From: Octopus vulgaris
Taxonomy: Eukaryota
Length of the DNA: 64,000 nucleotides
Direction: 5' to 3'
NCBI GenBank assembly: GCA_951406725.2
Contig: OX597824.1
Location: forward strand, 62,682,001 to 62,746,000
Below, piece by piece: positions 12,145 to 24,230 of this stretch (positions are counted from its first letter, which is position 1; each line of letters opens with the position of its first letter). The translations under genes and the position numbers were made by a program. Under the pieces are notes generated by a model. The model did not search any database and had not been told where the DNA came from. It saw only the letters and a program-made list of their open reading frames with translations.

Positions 12145-13920
12145 CTGTCTGTGTGTGTGTGTGTATGTGTGTGTGCGTGTTTGTGTGATGTGTATAAAGT
12201 TCGTGCTACTGCATAGTCAACGATGTGATAATTTATTTGTCCAAATTTATTCTATAAGTGATGAGGAATAAAACACATAACGGCTGCTTCGGCACACACC
12301 TTGATAGGCTTGTCAACGTGTGGTATGCATTGGAATTATTTTTGCTGGAATGTTGAAAATGTACACGTTGTAATTGGCTTCGTATTGAGTTAGATAATTT
12401 TTTGCTGTCTTATCTATGAGTGAACTCGAGCATTCTGTGCGTACGTATGTGTGTGTGTTGTTTGTGAATGTATATGAGCGCGCACGCTCTTGTCTCTTAA
12501 TGTATGTTCGTGCATCTTTAGAAGTGTATTGCAATGCATGTATTATGGAACACATGCATGGCTAAAGATATAGCAATTGTACTTCTAAAATTACTGATTC
12601 GAAAATAGAAATGATTCTACATAAAGGAAAAATGATATTGGCATGTGTGCGTATATATATAAGGAGATGAGTAGTACCAAATTACCATTCCTGGATATAA
12701 TGGTAATTAAAAAAGACACCACCATCACCACAGATATATACTATAAACACACAGACACACATCAATACCTACATTTTAAGTCGTGCCATCCACCACATAC
12801 AAAACGTAACATCCCATACTGCCTAGCCAGAAGAATTTGTACTATTGTAGAAGATGCAAATATCAGGAACAAACGCCTAATAGAACTAAGAGAATTTTTG
12901 CTCAAACAAAAATACCCATCTCTACTTATAGAAAATGGCATACAGCGGGCTATAAAAATACCTATACAACAACTTAGGACAACCCAAGGAAGAGGAAAAC
13001 AAGAACAAGTCATACCATTCATAGTGACACACAACCCATGTCACCAGAATATCTTCAACATTGCCAAAGCAAACCTACCAATCATTGCCCAAAGTAATGA
13101 ATTAAAAGACATAATCAAGGATCGAGCTATGGTGCTTAGTAAAAGACAGCCTAAAAACTTGAAAACATTACTAACAAAGGCAAAATTTGACCTCAGCAAC
13201 AAAGACCAAACATTCACGGTATCTAAATGCAATGATAGCCGATGTGGCACATGCCAATTCATACATACCGGTCAATATATAAACACAAAAACCGGGAAAA
13301 TATTCACAAACGCGAATATGAACTGCAAAAGCAGAAATTTAATTTACTGCATCAAATGCCCAAATTGTGAAGAAATATATGTAGGTCAGACGGGAAACGC
13401 ACTATTAGAACGCTCACGTGTACACCGGCAACAGATTAGAGACCCAGAGGTCCGTCAGATACCTTTGAGTAACCACCTAGCAACATGTGGTCGGAAAATA
13501 TATATAATATTTCCATTCTACAAATTACACAGCCCAAGTGAAATCGAGAGGAAAATCAGAGAAAAGAATTTTATTGATAAATTCGAACCCAAGCTAAATA
13601 AGCAATAATAATAATACTTAGAGGTATTACTTCCACTGCTACGACCATGACCACTAACAACAACAACAATACTAAAGGTGATCAAGACGAAGATAGCAGG
13701 AAAATTATCTTATTTAGGGTTAAAAGTTCTATTGCCACCACCATCACCACTAGCAACAATAATTAAGGTGCTGACAATGATGATGATGACAATTGAACTA
13801 TAAAAATATAAAAATCTCTGACAAAGGATATTTACAACATTTCTAAAAATAACCCAACAATTGCTGCTTCGGCCAGGGTCAAGATACAGGACTCTTGACC
13901 TGTCCAACAAAGCGTGATGC

Positions 13921-14070
13921 CTAAACCAATCAGCTCAACCAACCAATCAGCTTAAGTAATTGAGTGATACTACACACTGATTGGTCAGAATACAGTTTGC
14001 AAAACCTAGCACTCTGGAGCCTACCCAGCTGTATTTATAGCACAGAATCACTCATCTTGCTACAGTCAAA
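13921..14070 (+). promoter_or_regulatory. Putative Pol II promoter in pseudo-LTR (second copy ~18195-18344)
   Basis: Two AACCAATCAG CCAAT boxes (~13924, ~13941), an inverted CTGATTGG (~13977) and TATTTATA at 14032-14039. Confidence 0.55.
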
Positions 14071-14102
14071 AATTGTGAAGCATGACTGTCAACACTACTA
14101 CA

Positions 14103-14147
14103 TGAACCCGAAGATTGCAGAATTCAATGCATGAAAGTACTAGTTCA
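14103..14147 (+). ncRNA. Minimal type I hammerhead ribozyme (variant core) in 5' pseudo-LTR
   Basis: TGAAC-CCGAAGA-T-TGCA-gaattcaa-TGCA-T-GAAA-GTAC-TA-GTTCA. 5-bp stem I, stem II and palindromic stem III AGTACT. Deviations: U4->C and a U.U pair closing stem II. Confidence 0.7.
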
Positions 14148-14354
14148 ATCAGAATGAATATTTAACATTCTACTATTTCATTTTATTTTATTCAATTATA
14201 ATATATTATCTTATAATATATCATTATAAGATTGTAAATAAAACGTGAAAATCAGACAAGGTTGGAATTCTTTTTATTAATATATTCTTCTATACACAAT
14301 CACACACACCCACATATATATATATATCTATATTCCTATTGTGTATATGCCAAC

Positions 14355-15648
14355 ATGTCTGGAAAGCAACAAACAAAATTAACAGAATCCGAAAGAATTC
14401 TAATAGAAATTTCATCGAAATTATCAACACTCATCACGATGATTGACACACAATCCTCTATTTTAAAGGAAATAGAAAAACAGTCTACAGACGGAAAACT
14501 TGGAAATGAACACATAAACTCTGAAATTAAGAATTTAGCTGAAATGATACCAACAATTATAAAATCTACAAGAGAAAGCCTACCACAACCTCCTTGGATG
14601 TCAGAAATAAACGAAAGAAATCTGGAAAAAGAGGCACACCGAAAAAGAGAAGAGATACAGAAGACATGGAAAAAAACTCCTTAACATAAGAAAACAAAAC
14701 TTCTGGAAGGCATATAAATGCGAAAAATATGCTGAAATACATTCGAAATGGATATCTTTAGCGGCACCCATACTTCCTCGGAAGTACCTAATTAAAGAAA
14801 TTGCAGGAGAACCAGAGGAAGAAACTAAACTTCGATGGGACCTTGGTTTGATAAAATTCAGGACCGACATCTCCATTACCCTGTCTAAACAATCCCGCTA
14901 CAAAGCCAAATACGAAGCTATCGATGATCAAATCAGAGATGAAATATCCAAACTAACGACCGGCAATATAGCAGAAAAAATGCGAGAACTATGGATCAGA
15001 GATATCTCAAAAGAAGAAAGCAGATCAAGAAAGTTTTGGCAGCGGAAACAATTATTTCTCGACAAATATGCTACAAATTACGGTAAAGACACCAGAACTC
15101 CGAGAAATAGCATTAAAAGTGGACAACCTCACCAACGCAACATACACCAGAACACGTGGCAACATGAACACCCGTTTCACCACGAATCGAAGACGAACTA
15201 CGGTAAGAACTCTTCCCATTTTGTATGCAAACACCCTAATGCACACAACATGAACAAAAAGCACAAACAAAATAGATATTGTTTTGAACAGACCATTAGC
15301 AGTAGAAATAACAGGAGATCATTTTCAAGACCTCAACAGAGATTACCCACAAGAAACTGGACAAAAAACCGATCTAGATCTAGAAGTAAACCCAGATCAT
15401 TTCTCCAGGTGGTTAAAAACAATGCTAACAAGAAATTGAAAAGTAGCATACATAATACCAAAAACAAGACAGAAAACATAACGAAACCAAGTAAAGTACC
15501 ACAACCAAAACGCAAAATTCATCAAGCAAACATCAACAGGAATATAAATCATAACCAGAAAAAAATCCATTTTTTTACGTCAGGACAACAAACACCGGAG
15601 AAAGAAAAAATCCAAGAGGAAACATACCCCAAACAACTGAACGTATAG
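14355..15648 (+). CDS. PLE upstream ORF1 (helical N-terminus, Arg/Lys/Asn-rich C-terminus), interrupted by one frameshift in the A7 run 14670-14676
   Basis: ATG 14355 (MSGKQQTKL...). Removing one A joins it to the open frame LLNIRKQNFWKAY...PILPRKYLIK...IKFRTD... that ends at 15648. Confidence 0.6.
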
Positions 15649-17882
15649 ATCCTAAAATAATTAATTTATCAAAAAGAGATCTTGACAATGATGAAATCCA
15701 ACTTCTGTCAAAAGGACTGAAATTCACACCTACACCAACAGCCAACCACCAAGAATTAAAGGAGGATATCCAAAAATTCTGTCGAAAATTACGACTTGTA
15801 GAATTCTTCGCTAACAAAAGTAATGAGATTGATGAATCCCTAGTAAGGAATAAATCAAATTTCACCCCACCAAAAGGAAGAAATAACTACCTTGACCAAT
15901 ACATTGATATCCTGTCTAAATTTCCCCTTAGACGCAATACCAATGTTAGGCCAAACATTAGCAAATCAGAGATGTCTGCATGTAAACGTATACAAAACGA
16001 TCAAACAATAATAATTAAACAAGCAGATAAAGGTGGTGCAATTGTTATTATGGATACCGAATACTATAAGGATTTGGTTGAAGACCAACTGAAGGATACA
16101 ACCTTCTATTGTGAAATACCCGCAAATATAGACCACCACATCATGAAAAAGATCAACAACCTGATTTCAACACACCACAACTCACTTACGGATAATGAAA
16201 AAGACTACATCACCAATTTTGAACCAAAACCCAGCAACTTCTACGGCTTACCAAAAATACACAAATCAAAAAACATTCAACAGGCAGTAAAAGAACAAGA
16301 AAGTGAGTACATAAAATTATTACATCCAAAAGACCTAAAACTTAGACCTATTATAGCTGGTCCAGCATGCCCTACACACCGTCTAAGCAATTTTATTGAC
16401 ATTGTTTTGAAACCACTATGTACTTACATACCAAGTTTCATCAGGGATGACATCGACTTCCTGTCCCATCTTCCCAAAACAACAGAAACAAATTCAGTTT
16501 TGCTAAGTTTTGATGTGGTAAGCCTCTACACCAATATTCCACACGATTTAGGAATAAAGGCGATTAAATACTGGTTAGAAAAACATAGAGAAGTGATTCC
16601 CAGCAGATTCACAGTGCCATTTATATTAGACACAGTCAAACTTATTCTAGAAAATAACACATTCTTCTTCAATGGAAAGAATTACATCCAAATTAGAGGC
16701 ACGGCGATGGGAACGAGGTTTGCTCCCGTTTACGCCAACTCTGTAATGGGATACTTAGAAGAACAACTCTACCAAGAGGTGGAGGTAAACTATGGCACTG
16801 GATTTAGAAAGTATATTGAAAAGGCATGGAAGAGATACCTAGACGACTGTTTCATAATCTGGACAGAATCTCTAAATACTCTGGAAGAGTTCAATATCCT
16901 CCTGAACAACCTACACCCATCTCTCAAATTTACAAAGGAGATGAGTAGTACCAAATTACCATTCCTGGATATAATGGTAATTAAAAAAGACACCACCATC
17001 ACCACAGATATATACTATAAACACACAGACACACATCAATACCTACATTTTAAGTCGTGCCATCCACCACATACAAAACGTAACATCCCATACTGCCTAG
17101 CCAGAAGAATTTGTACTATTGTAGAAGATGCAAATATCAGGAACAAACGCCTAATAGAACTAAGAGAATTTTTGCTCAAACAAAAATACCCATCTCTACT
17201 TATAGAAAATGGCATACAGCGGGCTATAAAAATACCTATACAACAACTTAGGACAACCCAAGGAAGAGGAAAACAAGAACAAGTCATACCATTCATAGTG
17301 ACACACAACCCATGTCACCAGAATATCTTCAACATTGCCAAAGCAAACCTACCAATCATTGCCCAAAGTAATGAATTAAAAGACATAATCAAGGATCGAG
17401 CTATGGTGCTTAGTAAAAGACAGCCTAAAAACTTGAAAACATTACTAACAAAGGCAAAATTTGACCTCAGCAACAAAGACCAAACATTCACGGTATCTAA
17501 ATGCAATGATAGCCGATGTGGCACATGCCAATTCATACATACCGGTCAATATATAAACACAAAAACCGGGAAAATATTCACAAACGCGAATATGAACTGC
17601 AAAAGCAGAAATTTAATTTACTGCATCAAATGCCCAAATTGTGAAGAAATATATGTAGGTCAGACGGGAAACGCACTATTAGAACGCTCACGTGTACACC
17701 GGCAACAGATTAGAGACCCAGAGGTCCGTCAGATACCTTTGAGTAACCACCTAGCAACATGTGGTCGGAAAATATATATAATATTTCCATTCTACAAATT
17801 ACACAGCCCAAGTGAAATCGAGAGGAAAATCAGAGAAAAGAATTTTATTGATAAATTCGAACCCAAGCTAAATAAGCAATAA
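15555..17882 (+). CDS. PLE reverse transcriptase + GIY-YIG endonuclease (ORF2; open from 15555, first ATG 15972)
   Basis: IINLS...LLSKGLKFTPTP, KQADKGGAIVIMD, FYGLPKIHK, LRPIIAG, SFDVVSLYTNIP, GTAMGTRFAPVYAN, WKRYLDDCF, LPFLDI, linker CNDSRCGTC, LIYCIKCPNC-EEIYVGQT, FEPKLN. Confidence 0.95.
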   Translation, partial: PEKNPFFYVRTTNTGERKNPRGNIPQTTERIDPKIINLSKRDLDNDEIQLLSKGLKFTPTPTANHQELKEDIQKFCRKLRLVEFFANKSNEIDESLVRNKSNFTPPKGRNNYLDQYIDILSKFPLRRNTNVRPNISKSEMSACKRIQNDQTIIIKQADKGGAIVIMDTEYYKDLVEDQLKDTTFYCEIPANIDHHIMKKINNLISTHHNSLTDNEKDYITNFEPKPSNFYGLPKIHKSKNIQQAVKEQESEYIKLLHPKDLKLRPIIAGPACPTHRLSNFIDIVLKPLCTYIPSFIRDDIDFLSHLPKTTETNSVLLSFDVVSLYTNIPHDLGIKAIKYWLEKHREVIPSRFTVPFILDTVKLILENNTFFFNGKNYIQIRGTAMGTRFAPVYANSVMGYLEEQLYQEVEVNYGTGFRKYIEKAWKRYLDDCFIIWTESLNTLEEFNILLNNLHPSLKFTKEMSSTKLPFLDIMVIKKDTTITTDIYYKHTDTHQYLHFKSCHPPHTKRNIPYCLARRICTIVEDANIRNKRLIELREFLLKQKYPSLLIENGIQRAIKIPIQQLRTTQGRGKQEQVIPFIVTHNPCHQNIFNIAKANLPIIAQSNELKDIIKDRAMVLSKRQPKNLKTLLTKAKFDLSNKDQTFTVSKCNDSRCGTCQFIHTGQYINTKTGKIFTNANMNCKSRNLIYCIKCPNCEEIYVGQTGNALLERSRVHRQQIRDPEVRQIPLSNHLATCGRKIYIIFPFYKLHSPSEIERKIREKNFIDKFEPKLNKQ

Positions 17883-18599
17883 TAATAATACTTAGAGGTA
17901 TTACTTCCACTGCTACGACCATGACCACTAACAACAACAACAATACTAAAGGTGATCAAGACGAAGATAGCAGGAAAATTATCTTATTTAGGGTTAAAAG
18001 TTCTATTGCCACCACCATCACCACTAGCAACAATAATTAAGGTGCTGACAATGATGATGATGACAATTGAAATATAAAAATATAAAAATCTCTGACAAAG
18101 GATATTTACAACATTTCTAAAAATAACCCAACAATTGCTGCTTCGGCCAGGGTCAAGATACAGGACTCTTGACCTGTCCAACAAAGCGTGATGCCTAAAC
18201 CAATCAGCTCAACCAACCAATCAGCTTAAGTAATTGAGTGATACTACACACTGATTGGTCAGAATACAGTTTGCAAAACCTAGCACTCTGGAGCCTACCC
18301 AGCTGTATTTATAGCACAGAATCACTCATCTTGCTACAGTCAAAAATTGTGAAGCATGACTGTCAACACTACTACATGAACCCGAAGATTGCAGAATTCA
18401 ATGCATGAAAGTACTAGTTCAATCAGAATGAATATTTAACATTCTACTATTTCATTTTATTTTATTCAATTATAATATATTATCTTATAATATATCATTA
18501 TAAGATTGTAAATAAAACGTGAAAATCAGACAAGGTTGGAATTCTTTTTATTAATATATTCTTCTATACACAATCACACACACCACATATATATATATA

Positions 18600-18606
<7 letters not shown>
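16935..18606 (+). repeat. 3' pseudo-LTR
   Basis: Near-identical to 12661-14333, followed by (TA)n. Confidence 0.95.
18377..18421 (+). ncRNA. Minimal type I hammerhead ribozyme, second identical copy
   Basis: Identical to 14103-14147. Confidence 0.7.
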
Positions 18607-18647
<41 letters not shown>

Positions 18648-18860
18648 ATTACCTGTGTTTCAGCGCATGCTGATGTGTTTATATTCAGAATGTACTTGTT
18701 CTTCCTGTCAATCACCTAATCATATATGTATAGACTATTTTTTCGCCGGAATGTTTGAAATTTTTAAAGGTACACTCTCACGTAACCTGTAGGTTATTGC
18801 GTGACATGACACATAGATATTATATATATTGTTATATATATCTATCTATCTATCTATCTA

Positions 18861-18923
<63 letters not shown>

Positions 18924-20629
18924 GAATAGATAAATAAATATATGGATATATTCATACATATATACATATACATACATTCATACATGCCTATATATACACT
19001 CTTCTTAATGCAATGATTATATTACTGCTCTGCTTTGTTTATCAAACTTTTCAACAAAATTGTAGAAACTAACGAAACAATTTTTTCTTTATTTATAAAA
19101 ATACCTATTGACTATGGAAGTAAATAATGCAGATAGTTTTTATTTTTGTATGTTTCGTTACAGTAATGCCATCACCTTCTCTTGTTTTCTCCCGCTGCAT
19201 TTTACACTTCACAGCAAAACTGAAAAATAAATGCAAATCCCTGCTTTGATCATACAAAACTAATAATGTTGTGTCGTTACAAATGAAGTATTTTTAAGTG
19301 ATCAACGGGTGCGAGACACATATTTAGGTGGCCAATTAGCAGAGTCATCGGTTGAAATGTCTAGCAGTTATTCAAGCATTCAGCCCTCAAAAATATAATG
19401 ATCGTGCGATTGGTTGTCGGCACATCAAGAACAACGAATGGGCTACATTGAGATATTTTCCTCGTCTTCTATACTGTTTGAATTTAAACCCCTTTGTGGC
19501 TTAATTGTGTTGTGGACATGATCCATTTCCTCGTTCAATAACACTACTTTTTATCTTTGATATATTTGGCACAATCTACTCATTCAGGCGAAGTCTCTGC
19601 CTTCAGGATAACTTCCTCCTTCTCGCTAATTACTCTCAGAGGTCATGCGAGGTGCCACAAAAGTTGCACTCCTTCCTGCATCAAATACAGTAGAATTGTG
19701 TCCTTAAAATACCAACGCTTTTCATTTTTCAGCATGCATCAAGGATGAATTTTTTTTTTCTTCCCACATACAAACATAGTAGGTCCACGATAAAGAGTTA
19801 TTTGTTCACATCTATTAAATACTTTAAGTGGTCAATAGTTAAAGTATATAACTATCAGTGTCTTGAATCAATTCCTTCGTTCAAAATTATTACGACCGCA
19901 AATCTTCACATTGAAATTAACCAGTAGCCACATCAAGTCACATATTTCTATAATTCTAACTACCTCTTTAAGCTTACTTCGATATGCATCTTTTAGGGCC
20001 TGATATGTCACTTTTTGGAGCGTAGCATACAAGTAAATAAACGTTTGTATATGTATATCGAAACTTTCCTTCCAACTTACTCTTAACAACTTTCACTAAA
20101 TGCTCCGCAACCTCACAAATTTGAATATGTTGTTCCCCATCCCTATCAGAGTAAATAATTGTGTCTTTTTACCAACCAGTCTGACTGTAAATTACATCTT
20201 CTCTAAGCAATATGATTGGTGTAAAATTGTATTTGTAAAATTCAGTTGCTTGCTGTCGTGATAATTATAAGTTAAATTCATCTCTCTTAACAAACCTAAT
20301 GTTTATTTGGCTTTAAATAATGTAGTAGTTGTCAGAATTTAAGTAAGACAAGAACTGTAGTCATATCATATTGTACTTCAACGAAACTCTGCCACAGATC
20401 CTGAGGTTTTATGATCCCTCACCTAGAATATAATAAGAGAAGGATTATTTAATACTTGAATCCTCAGTTCGCTTCACTTATCTGCATAGGTAAAAGATTG
20501 ATCAATTCTGCCAAGAAATACATTTGCTGGATGAGTATTTACTGTAATTGAAACAACTAAGCGCTGCTTCTAACGACATTGGCAGCAAAAATACGAGACG
20601 GATTGAAACCTAACGTGAATCTAATGAGA

Positions 20630-20982
20630 ACAAGAACGCTTAGTGAGCGCAAACCTTCGCCAAGGCAACACCAACATCCTCCCAATGATTTTTTTTAAAT
20701 GCGAATATCTAAAATGAATTCGACTGCTCTCACAAATGAGAATACTAACAATGAACCAGACTGCTCTCCAAAATTAAGTAAGAAACAAGAAAAATAATCC
20801 AGAATCCTTGTCCGCTACCGGATCGATCCCAAAACCTAATCAATTTGTACCAATAATGAGTCTAAACATCCCTGAACGTTTCATCCGAATCCATCCAGCG
20901 GTTATGGATATATCTTTTCAATGGACGAACAAACAAACATGACTGAAAACAATATCTCCCCCTTCGCTAAGGCAGAGGTAAT
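20630..20982 (+). mobile_element. Non-autonomous Helentron/DINE-like element
   Basis: Subterminal IR accttcgccaagg / ctaaggcagaggt, 3' hairpin-like end ...ccttcgctaaggcagaggtaat, and (AAAC)n microsatellite. A related inverted copy lies at ~33150-33310. Confidence 0.55.
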
Positions 20983-22043
20983 TATATTGAATAGACAAGC
21001 CATGTAGATGTATAATTATCCATTCTTCATGTATGTTGTATGAAATTCAATGATATGAACTCAGGGTTTACCTCTCGCATAGAAAACAATGTAATTCTTT
21101 AAATTAGATAATTCAGTGTGATACGTGCGTATCAAAAGTTGTCAGACAACTCTGAGTTGGAGCCTTTTTTTATGACAATCGTGTATAGCAAGTGCAACAG
21201 TCACAGTAGGTCGTAACATTATCTATTATATGGATATTTATCCGTTTTAGCTAATACTTTGATATGAGTAAATATTTACACTTCGCAAACTATATAGTTA
21301 TATACTTTACTCATTTAGATATATGTGTATAAAATATCGTATGATATTATATCTATATATCTATCTATATATCTATCTATATCTCTGAATATATATATAT
21401 ATATATGAGTGTGTGTGTGTGTGTTGTATAATGTATATTTTATATATGCATATGTGTAAATATCTGCGATTTTATGTTTTCATACACAAATATTTGAATA
21501 CTGCACTTCAGTAGCGATTTACACAAACTTGAGTTAATTTTTTATTTACTGTTCACCCAACACAAATCCCCATCCTGTCTTCTCTCGTTTTCTCTTCTTT
21601 GTTCTACTTTTTTCATATTGTACTCTCCATCAGGCATAATATCACATTTTCCTTCCTTCCATTTCTGTTTTAAATTCATTTTATAATTTAATATATTTGA
21701 TTCATTGAAATTATCGTCACTTGGGAAGGCTGTGTACACACACCTTAAAACAATTGCTGTCGACTTCGAATGAGAAAGGGGGATAATTTATTGGCGTATC
21801 TCAGCAAATTTGTTTACACAGTGTCTATTAAATCGGGATATTAGTATGTCTTTTTTTATAACAATTTGAACAACGAATATAACACAATGATAGCATAGCA
21901 AAATACTTGTACAGAACATTTATAGTTTGCTATAGAATTTTTTCTAACACTGAACAGTATACAGGAAGTGATATACACACATATGCACACAGTCACGCAA
22001 ATATATGACCGTTTATATGTATATCTGAAAAAAAGGGTATGCA

Positions 22044-22075
<32 letters not shown>

Positions 22076-22143
22076 AATATATATATATATATGTATACAC
22101 ACACACACATTCACACACACAAACACACACACATTCACACACA

Positions 22144-22610
<467 letters not shown>

Positions 22611-22612
22611 AT

Positions 22613-24230
22613 TCTACCCTCGTTATACCGCCACCAACGGGATCATGACAAATTTGCGGTTTAATGGGTGTGGCGGTAAATTAAGGAAGGTTTTCTGCAG
22701 TAGATAAGCCAATCATATTGTATATATTCTTTATAACACAGTAGTGTAGCTAACGTTTAGAATGTGGGAAATGGCCAAAATCAGATATTTGATGTGTAAA
22801 CAAAATGCTCATATAAACTCTTCGAAAAAAAGGAAAGGGATAAATTTTTAATAGTATTAAAACATTTTTCTAACTTTTCTAAATGTAATAAATCTTTAGT
22901 AGTCACATCTTCTTCTTCTATCGAATCTCGAAGAAGGTTCAGAGAGTTGCTTATATCTTGAGTTGTAGGTATTGGTTTTGGTGCGGGTTTCTCCTCATCA
23001 CTTTGTCCTAGCGGTTTTACCTAGTCAATAATTTCTTGATCGGTCATCTTTGCAAGAGTTTTTTCATTGTCGCCGAAACTAATGAACTCACATGCACTCA
23101 TCCTCAATGAATGGTCAATATTAAGTTTAGTAGCAGTTTGTTTAATCAGTTTAGCTAGTCGTATACAGACATCGTCATCACTGTTTTCAACTCCTGCATA
23201 TATGCCTTCGAGCTTTGGAGTGAGACCAGTGTAGTGCCATCAGTTAGAAATAGGAAATGGTGTCACAGAGTCCCAAGATGTTTTGATGTATCGAGTAGCG
23301 TCAATTAGGGTGATGTTATAAGTACCGCTTTCGTCTAGTTGAATGATTATCTGGTTTAACTTTTGCTGTTTGTAATTAGATTTGAAGTTGTAAATTATTT
23401 CGACGTTTAGGGGTTGTAGGTGCCACGTTGATGAAGGCGGGAGAAAGTAAACTTCTATGTTGATGAGTTTATCGGGTATGTTGTGTCCAGGGGCATTGTC
23501 CATTATCAGTGAAACTTTTCGTCGCTGAAGTCACATTTTCTAATCAAGATCTTTCATCTAACATCTAAACATACTCGAGTTCAGCCAATCTACATAAATC
23601 TACATAAAGTTTGAGGGTTGAAATTCTTAAAGCATTGGGGTTTGACCAGTTTATTGTTAACACAATATTTGTTGTTAACACAATGTTTCGGTTGATATAT
23701 CCTCCAGCCTTCATCAGGTGTCTTGGAAAAGTTTCGAACCTGGGTTCTCATTCCTAGCACTGAATTAGATTCAAATCTCTCAGCGAGAAGGTATATACTT
23801 TTAAACTGCTCGAGGTATGTTCTATTAAACTGCTCCATCCTTTGGAATATCTTAATCGTTGTATGAAGTCGAGTATTATCCTGATGGTAGAAAAAACATT
23901 TCGTCTTGAAACCAAAGATGGTCGTTATCCTTCTAGCGCTTACGTAAGCCCCTCAAGCTGCTCGCAGTAGATCTCTTTTATTATCGTTTTGGTTCGGGTT
24001 TAAAAGTTCAAAGTGAACTTAACCTTTCATATCCCGCTAAACATTATTAACATCTTACGTTGATGAACAGCCTGAGGTGACGGTGTTTCTCCTTTCCCTA
24101 CTCACTGTCTTTGGCGCTTGAGATATTTATAGAGAACCCATTTCTTGTTACCAGTCACTCAGCAGTCCACAAAATGTTGATTTGTGAGACGTGGTAGCAA
24201 AGAAGAACACACATTCACTAACAACTCACG
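22613..24230 (-). mobile_element. Degraded pogo/Tigger DNA transposon
   Basis: MDNAPGH...VYFLPPSSTWHLQPLNVEIIYNFKSNYK (DDE_1 motifs) at 23240-23503. YSKGW.EQF CENP-B-like motif at ~23830-23855. Acidic C-terminus. Confidence 0.8.
23677..23722 (-). ncRNA. Hammerhead-like motif in a short insertion within the pogo element
   Basis: GACAC-CTGATGA-aGGCTG-gaggatatat-CAACC-GAAACATT-GTGTT. Stem I GACAC/GTGTT, stem II with one mismatch, stem III one change from the palindrome AACGTT. Confidence 0.55.

Larger units (their letters stand above)
12661..14333 (+). repeat. 5' pseudo-LTR (5'-truncated upstream copy)
   Basis: Offset 4274 nt from 16935-18606. I saw only one substitution (~13798 C vs ~18072 A) and a 1-nt indel near the end. 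Confidence 0.95.
12661..18606 (+). mobile_element. Near-intact Penelope-like retroelement (Neptune clade) with tandem pseudo-LTRs
   Basis: RT + Cys-rich linker + GIY-YIG ORF. Direct repeats 12661-14333 and 16935-18606 include the 3' part of the ORF. Both ends lie in (TA)n. Confidence 0.95.

Noticed and set aside
12643-13608. 321-aa ORF as an independent gene
   Set aside because: It is the duplicated 3' part of the PLE ORF. The first residues (MCAYIY) come from the flanking microsatellite.
12762-17536. Antisense ORFs inside the PLE
   Set aside because: Short shadows of the sense ORF with no motifs.
21542-21745. Possible minus-strand host exon (acceptor-like ttgttttaag, 65-aa ORF)
   Set aside because: No recognisable domain or strong donor site; unsupported without RNA-seq.
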